64,000 nt of DNA. Origin: Hydrolagus colliei (taxonomy: Eukaryota). The notes beneath the pieces are model-generated. The model was not told the origin of the DNA. It ran no database searches and saw only the letters and a program-made list of their open reading frames with translations. A program made the position numbers and the translations under genes. Position 1 is the stretch's first letter; each line of letters opens with the position of its first letter. Positions 48,501 to 57,500 of the stretch are shown piece by piece. The stretch is taken from NCBI GenBank assembly GCA_035084275.1, contig CM068750.1, positions 6,386,001 through 6,450,000 on the forward strand, written 5' to 3'.

Positions 48501-51500
48501 TAGCTATCAAAAGGATTCACTACTCCGTTCTAGAAAGTATTTTTTTGTAACAACAGAGATTTTTTAGTGTGAATGCTTGGCACAATATTAGTGACACGGT
48601 CTGTGTGAGACCATTACCACTTTGTATTGCTGAACTTCACCGTGTTCTGGGGGTCAGGCAACTCATTTCATTTCAGATTGAAACACGGCGGTTAATTTAT
48701 TTGCTGTGAATACAATTGACTCCAGAAAATATAGAGCTGTGAAGCAAGCTCAAAACAATCCGATCGATACAGGTGAAAAAGAAATGGTTTTACCCCTACC
48801 TCAACAGCTACAGTTGTTGCATCTTCAGGTCCCAACCCATCAGCTATAGGTTCTGTGACTTTAACCTCCGTGAACTCTTCCACCGACTCCTGGAATTCTG
48901 GCGCTGTCCTTCTGCCGTATCGCTTGCCATCCTTAACATATTTTGGCTGCACTTCTGTGGATTCTGTGTACAGACAATTACAGTGTAACCAATCACCTAA
49001 AATCAACCCAGATAGCAGTCATGTTAATGTGACATTTTGTTAATGGAAAACCCAAACTTTTCAATATTTTGGTTCAAACGCACAAGAAGAAATCGAGATC
49101 GATAAACGGACACCAATAAATCCGATTTGTTTTTGAAAAAACTAAATAGTTCACCATAGCCAGCTATACAGCAAACACGCACTGTATTACAGTATAATGA
49201 TAGTAATCCTTGCATTTAGTATAGAGCCTTTCAGATTGGGAGGACATAGCAAACCACTTCACAGGATACACTGTAAAGTGAAGTGACCGCGTATTTTGTG
49301 TTGGGACACAGCAGCCACAGTTGTGCACAGCAAAATGTTCGAAAATCAGTTATGTAGGGAATGACCAATAATATTGGAGATTGTTGGCCGAGACACCAGA
49401 AGCAACTTCCTTCTCTTTTCGAATAGTGCTATGGGATCTTTAACATCTGTTAGAATAAGCGGGTAAGGCCTCAGTTTAACATCTCACACAAAGGACGGTA
49501 CCTCTGACAATGTAGCTCTCTCCCAACGATGCTGATATGGACTGTCAACCTCGACTGTGAATTGAAAATCCTCTCATCCTGGGGCATCATCTTGAACCCA
49601 CACCTGACTGACTCAAGAGGGGAGAGTGCTACTAACAGAACCACAACAGAACTTTGGCCATTCTCCTGTGTTCCCTCCCCCTTTACCATCGTGCAAGTTT
49701 TGAAGTGTGCTCCAACTTGCAGATTTTGTTTCTTCCATCTTAGTGGGAATTAATCCTTAATTATACTGTGGCATATCTGATAAGAAGTTAATAATATGGT
49801 TGGAGTGGTTCAAGGTTGCCATAACCTCACCCTGACCACAGTCAATGCTGCTTTATACTTGGGAGGACAAAAGATGTGCTTGCAATGGAGCGAGACAGTC
49901 AATGACCAACATTCAAGCCTCTCCTGCTGTGAAATAATTCAACTCGTTGCCGTGCCAAGCAACAACTGATCTTATCTCAGCTGTAGTGGGAGGATTCGAG
50001 CAGTACACAGCCCAGAACTCAAACTGGCCACAAAGGGTGAGCATGAAAATCCTGCTGAGCTAGGTTTAATTTATCTATTTAGAAATAGTAAATTGCTATA
50101 ACTTGGATAAACTTTCTCATACTGCAATCCAAATACTTTCAGTTGGGCTCCTGAATGATGATGCACTGTCTCAGAGTTTGTGGTTCGATATCAAACAAAA
50201 AAGCAGCAACTTTATATTTGATTTCAGTGAAGGAAGTGTCACAATGAGGCAAACCTGATGCAGTTCGTTAAAATGCTTCGATCTTGAGCTAGAATTATAT
50301 GTACTTGAACTTGAATTAAATGGTTTCAGGTCATCATTCAGACAGGTTAAGCACATTGTGGCTGTGGACACTAACTTCCATTGATCTAGTGAGCGTTCTA
50401 AGATCGGGAAGGGTATTAAGATTGGGAAGGTGGGTGCCTTTTATTTTCTACTATTTGGGAAGTAGAATAATGAGGTTTAATAGAATGTGTCTCTCTTTCG
50501 TCTTGTTAAGGACTCAGACAGAGAAAATTCATCCAAAACATCATAAATGGGGGTTACAAAGGTAAATCCTTTCTTGTACAAAACTGTGATCCCCATCCTT
50601 GCCAGGCTCCATGGTTTCCAGTGGATCGATTTCATTATCCTCAAACCCGCATACAAAACCCTTCACACCCTCTCACCTCCCTACCTCTGATTTTCTCCAC
50701 CTTCGCTCTCCCTTTCAGCCAATTCTGCCGGCTGCACATCCCCCATTCCCACCATCAGCAGAATCATATCATAAAATATCTAGCATTTCAGCTGAATACA
50801 TGTGTGATTGAAGAAATGCATTCACCAACAAATACGGTCACTATGATTTACAGTAAATCCTACGAACTGCTTGGAGGAATTTCAATAACTTGAAAAGGCA
50901 CTATATCAAATGGAAGAATGATTATTATATCCACTCCAGCTTCCAAGCTCAATTCACATTCACTGCCATTTCTCCACTCTCAAACATGACTAATTGAGCA
51001 AGGTGTGTTACCAGGTTACAGTGAAATGCATTCCCCTTTTGAGTTGACGTCACGCAGACCGTTGCAGGCTCAAGCTGGTATATACTGTCCATTTATTCTT
51101 GTGATTGATGTGCAAGGCTTTTCTTTCAGAAGCGACCATCTTTTGATATTGAAACAGTGGTGCATATGTCCTATGGTTTTATTTTCAAACACTAGCACAC
51201 TACATCAGTGATTTGTTTTGCAAACTTTCCATTTTCATCACATCACATGTATTCAAGCCATTCGTCAGTCAACCCTTAACACTTGAGATGTAGAGGAAGT
51301 AAGCTGTGCAGTAGAAATACTACCTCAGCTCCACTGGACCCAGCAGCCGAGCTATTACTGATCAAACGTGTAATATCACTACTTGCAAATATGTATGATC
51401 TGTGTAATGCCAATGCGTGCAATGGTTCACTGAGTCTCAACTCCTGTAACCTGGCTGCCATAAGCGATAGGGTTCAGTGAACCTCTCACTGAAACTGATC

Positions 51501-54500
51501 TGTTTTGTTTGGCTTAACTGAAGCACAACATCATGCATCGAGAGGCAACTTTCGAGATTCATTTTTCTAGCTTCCTATGTTACAATATACAACTAAGTGT
51601 ATCGGAAGAGAACGCCGGTTCTCAACAACAATAAATTACATTTGTATAGTGCCTTTCATGTTGGGAGGACTTATCTCTTAAATATTAAGTGAATCCATGA
51701 CAAGGCTTCTAAAGTCGATATTATGATTGAATCAGTGGACATAATTGAGAAGCACCTGTTTATGTAAAGCTTTTGTCAATGTCAAGGTCTTCAGCCTATT
51801 TTTATTATTGTCATACAAGGCAAGTAGACAATATTAGCTGACTGCACAGCTATTTTTGGTAAGTGGTCCTGTACACTCAAGCTATTTATATCAACTCAAT
51901 GTAAATCTCGGAGCTATTAATGCTTTGTTACATTACTGTATAACACAAGAATAAGCGATTTGACCCATTAAATCCATTCTTTTCAATGCCATTGCCGAAG
52001 AACCGTGTGAAAATGAACCATTAATTACCATGGTAGGAGGCAGCAAAAGATACTACAAACCTATTTTGTACATCCTGCTATTTTTTGTACTCTACCTTGT
52101 GATTTTTTTTCTATACAATATTTATTTCCTCCAATCCTATGCTCACAGTCCAAGTTAAGTGTTAAAATATTGTGCCCTTGGGTTGAAATGCCTTGTTTGC
52201 TTGTGTACAGAACACTGATTACTGTTTGTCAGTTCGGTACACAGCAGAGACTACTAGTCCTATGTGTGTGACAACAAATATCCTCTTTCCTTCAGGCCCT
52301 TGCTATCAGTGTTCAGAAGAAGGCACACTGTAAGAAAAACAATATTTTAGAAACTTGCGTTCAAAATTTCAATCTCGATTTATAGTGTGCATGACAATTT
52401 ACGTGAAGCTTGAAACAAAAACCTTCAGAACTGAAAATTCCTCTAACGATGTTATATAAGCATACCTGGTTCCTGGTAGCCATCATCCCCTGAGAAATTT
52501 CCGTCAATCGTAGTCGACAAAATAAGGATCAAAGCTTCTTTAAACTGTTCAAAATGTACCTGAAATGCATATGTGGAAATTACAGGTGTTAAAACAATGC
52601 ATCAGAAGCAATAACAACAACTTGCAATCATATAATTCTGTTACATATGTGTGATGGTATCCTTGAGTAACCAGGAGAATATTTAACATCTCCACTTCCT
52701 CAACTTAGATTGGTATAAATATATACAGTACTGTATATATATTTATATATATGGAACCAAGCGTATTCCTATCCTCGCCAGTTATCTACACGGGATAGTG
52801 CCTTCAGGAGAGTGTGCACGATTGGACAGGTGGAAAATAATCTTAAATATCACGTGGGAGAAAGAAGAGATGATAATTCGCTAATGTTTGCTTTAACAGG
52901 AATGACTGGATTAAGTGAAAACATTGTTTTCCCCACCCTAATTGAGTAAGAAGCACTTCTAAATTACACTACAAGTTGCTACAGGGAAAAAGTAGAGAGC
53001 AAAGATAGTTGGTGCAAAACACCAGCAGGGATTTTTTATATTCATGGATTGAAATAAATAGCCCCAATACAAACAGTCGCACTTGTCGGAAATACATCAA
53101 CTACTCGTGTGTCCGACCCTTAATCCAAGGTTTCTAAATTGCAGTTAATCTCTAGTTTTTTGTTCACATACTAAAAACAACAGGCCTTGTATTTCTCTTT
53201 ATTATAGACAACCAGAGTATTATCGGACTACGATAGTGCTATGATTCCAACTAACCCAACTTTCTGCTCTGGTCTGAGCTTTAAGAGAACAAATCCTTTG
53301 GAAATAAAGACGTTATTTTATTTTTGGAAAATATGGCATGCACGATGAATTTTTGCACACTTGGTGGAGCAGGATTGCACTCTTAAACCGTGTACACTGC
53401 AGCTGAAAACCATAATTAGGTTCGAAATTCCCAGCTGTTTTGTAGCAAATGTGAGTGGATTAAAGGGTTTGGTGAGAGCGCAATCTTACTTTAAATACTT
53501 CTACCTTTGGGAAGCAGATTCACTGAGAGATGAGCCTGGTATTTGCACAAAGCTAGTATAAAATGATCTCTGTAACAACTGGCCGTTTTTTTAAAAAAAA
53601 ACAGCTCAACACATGGGAAAGATGGCTAATTTGAAGTCTTCATCTGCTTAAATGGAAAGTGGGCTATAAGCAGGCATAAGCATTCCAGCTGGTTCAGTAT
53701 GGACGATTATTTCAAAGAGAGTGATTTCCAAAAAAAATTGCTGAATCCACCCACTTAATAATAACAGTAATAATCCTTGCATTTGATATAGCGCCTTTCA
53801 CGTCTTCCAGACGTCTCAAAGCGCTTCACGGAATATGCTGCAAAGTATATTTGTAAATTTGTATATTTGTGGGCGAAAAAGTAGAGTGAAATGATACGGT
53901 TTGTATTGGACTTGAAAATTCTTCAAAGTGAACGGATTTTATTTCTGGGTCCATTGTAACTCAAGCTGACTGTCTTAAACTGCATCTCAACCAAGCAAAT
54001 GTTTTCTAGGAGCTCTCTGTGTGCAATATGGAGCAGATTGCTATTCAGCTGCCAGTGCCTGCAGTCTGGCATGACAGATGTTTGACTTTCTGAATTTCAT
54101 TTACAACAGTGCGTGCTGAATAAATGTGTTACATACATTTTTTTTAAAAAAGGGAGTTGGAAAGAAGTCTGTGCTTAACAATGAACTGCTGGGGAAATGA
54201 CCTTTGAACCTCTCCAGCGCAGCACGCTTCGTGGCTTGGGTCACGATGGAAATCACTGCCGATTGAGATGTGAAACAACTTTACAAAGTGAAACAACGTT
54301 CCAACTTTAAAAGTGCACCATCAGTGTTGAAATAAAAAAAACTAGATGGGCACGCACATTATCCAAGACCAAGATTACTACATTCCTGTCATTTAAAAGT
54401 CGGGACCTGAAAAACTGCTGTAGAACAAAATGTCTATTTTTGCTAAATTATAAAAATAAATGGTTGAATCACCCAACGCAGTATATTTCTGCCCATTATT

Positions 54501-57500
54501 TGGGGACCGGTGAAGCAGATTCCCAGTCATTGCAACAGATTTAAAATGTGTCCTGTGGAGTACACAAGTATGGGATTCTAGCCCTAAAATAGTCTTAAGC
54601 CAATGAGCAAGGAGGTTTATAGTAGAAAAGAACAGCTGATGTGACGGCCAGATTTGGTCGTCCTTTGGATGCCTTCATCTACTTAAGAATTGGGATCAGT
54701 CTCCAACAGAGAATTGGGACACTGTGAACAGCGGAAATAACCATGTGATAACTGTGATTTTTTTTGTGATAAGTGGAAGTTTAACAATTTGTTTGAATTT
54801 GCGTGAAGGAGTTTTTTTTTACAAAGAATGATTTCCAAAAATTCTCTGCTCTTGTGCCCATTCCTAGTTAACAATAAAAATTAAAAAAAATATCTATAAC
54901 ACCACTTCACAGTACTACACATATTAACCTCCCCTGCACCCCCACCTCTCCCATCCCCCCAAAATAGCTTCAAATCTAGCAGAACAGCTGTGTTCCTGGG
55001 TCAGGTTAGACACAATGGGATTAATAGCCTTCTTCGGCACTGTAAACTTCTGGGGCTCAAATACTGTGTTGCTGCATCTCATCTCCCACTCACACATACA
55101 TGGGGCTGCCTTTGACTGGCAATTAGCAGCCTGTACTTGTGTTGCTTTAGAGTGAAAGTTGAGCTCTATAAGAGAGGTTGGGTCAGGTTGTTTGATGGAA
55201 GAAAAGTAAAGCTAAAATTTTCAATACTGCTTTCAGCAACATGCAATAGAAAGAGACTGAACACACATTGCACAAGGAAGCTGCATTTTTCAATGGCTTG
55301 ATGGTGTATACACAGCTTTGTTAAAGGATGGCATAATTCCGTAACTGAAATAAATAAATCGCCTGGCCCCGCATTAAAATACAAATGAGAATGGAAAAGC
55401 TGAGGTTACACCACCTTAACATAAGAGAAGGTGTCTTTATTTTACATCACTTACAGTAAGGATTGTAAAGTTATATCAACTGATAGCTTTGAGCATCTGC
55501 AGGATTCTTTGTTAAATGTAATGAATGTATAAGATGGACTCTAGGTTATTCTGCCAGGGTATTAACGCATCTTAGCAGTTCATACCCTGAGCTTTTAGTC
55601 TAGGTTATAGCCAACTAATAAGGTCAACCACCAGGACACATTGGTGACTCACTGATCCAGTCATCCTCAAAATGACAGCAGATGTTGCAGGACCAAGAGA
55701 GAATACTCCCAACAGTGTGTCTGTCTTGCCTTCAAAAAAGTAAACACTCCTACTGGGCAGTTTTGTCTTGCTGAATAGGAATCCTTATTGTTGGGACTAA
55801 ATCAGACATCTCCCAGGCTTGTCAGTGTGTAATTCAGCGCATTCAATGGGGTAATGCATTCACACCAAGGCTGCAGTAGCTGAGCATAGGTCTGAAGCGT
55901 GAGCAGCTGCACCATGACAGATGGCTCTCGCTTCAACAGGAAGCAATTTCGCTCACAACATTTCTAAATAAACTCCTCAAGAGATTACTTCACAAATCAG
56001 AAGGGCCTGGCTAATCATGGACCAACATAAAATCAATGACAGGGATGCGGGAAGCAAGAGAGAGAGGCAGCAAGTTACCTGACTTCTTCTTCTTCCTACG
56101 TTATGAGAAATGTTAATAGGAGCTGGGGGGGGGGGTGGGGGGGTAACATGTCTATTGAGGTGGATAAAAGTCAACTGCATGCCAAACTAGTGCGTGTTTA
56201 GATCGGAAAAAGCACAACAGTATTCGCCATTACACCATGGAAAAGCTACTGTTTTCAAATAAATACTGTTGTGCTTTCAAATAAAGGTATAAGGTTCATT
56301 TTCCATTCAATATTATTCACCTACGTGGTTAAGATCAATCCACTGAAGAGACTATTTCCCAACTCAGATGGGAATAGAAAACAGAATAGAAATTTCAGGG
56401 GGGAGTTTTTTTTGAAAAAAAAGAACATGCAATATTGAGAGTATTATTTCTGTAAATCTAAGGTAATCAGTGAGGAATAATGAACTGGCGTGTGTGAGAG
56501 TCACTGGCATCACAGATTTGATCTGTGTGAATAAGAGTGTAGGTTTAAGGAGGAGTAAAGCCTTTCTGGAATAATAACTTCCACCTGGCTTTTCCCTGCC
56601 CTTTGTTGCTGTGTTCGCTATGGCAGGCCAGCTGTTAAAGGGGGTTGACACATAGATTTTAATGCATGTGGGAGCAGCTGTCCCCTCTATTGCCCTGCAA
56701 CTGTCATCACAATTGTTGAAAAATCTGTACAAAAGATTCAAACGGTGCGTTCCGTAGACTGTAACAAAAGCAGGTTCTTTTCTTGACAAATCCAGTACGA
56801 ACACAGCTCACAGCTTTGATAAATTGTTCTGCAGTTTTTAATCCCAGAGAGAAGGATGCATTTGAAGCAAATATTTCGCTCTGCTAAATGATTTAGTAGA
56901 AAAAGCAACTTTCAGGTTCTTCAATTCCCCTAGTAAAACAAGCGAGTCTCTCTAGATATTTCTTATACAGTCTGTAGAAGCCAGAGATGGGTGTTACTCA
57001 GCTGTCCTGCCATCTTCCTCAGCTATCCCCAGCCCCAGCTTAGTGAAGTGTTTTGGGATTTAGTTCTGACTTGAAAGGCGCTTTGATGCAAAATGTTTAT
57101 GTGGCTATTCTGTTCATTCCATTATATCATGTGCTTGCACAATGGGAGATACCGTTATAAAGATACATTCCAAAATTTGCTGCACTTAATGCACAGAGAG
57201 CACGACGACACTAGATTGTTTGACCTAAACTATACTGGAAATAACTGTCAATTACACTGAAGATGATAAAAATTAATCTCATAACTCGTATTCTGATAGG
57301 CTCATTACTAATGGTACTCTTGAAAGTTGGCCTGCAAACACTGCAGTCCTCACAACTCTTCGTAGAAGACACTCCTAAATACCTGTGATGGATAATATCA
57401 ATCCTTTTTACTAGCAGATGATTTTGACTAAAATGCCTTCAGTACAGCATTAACCTAGCTTTACACCAGTATTGGCTCATTGACCCTTTGTTCAATCAAT

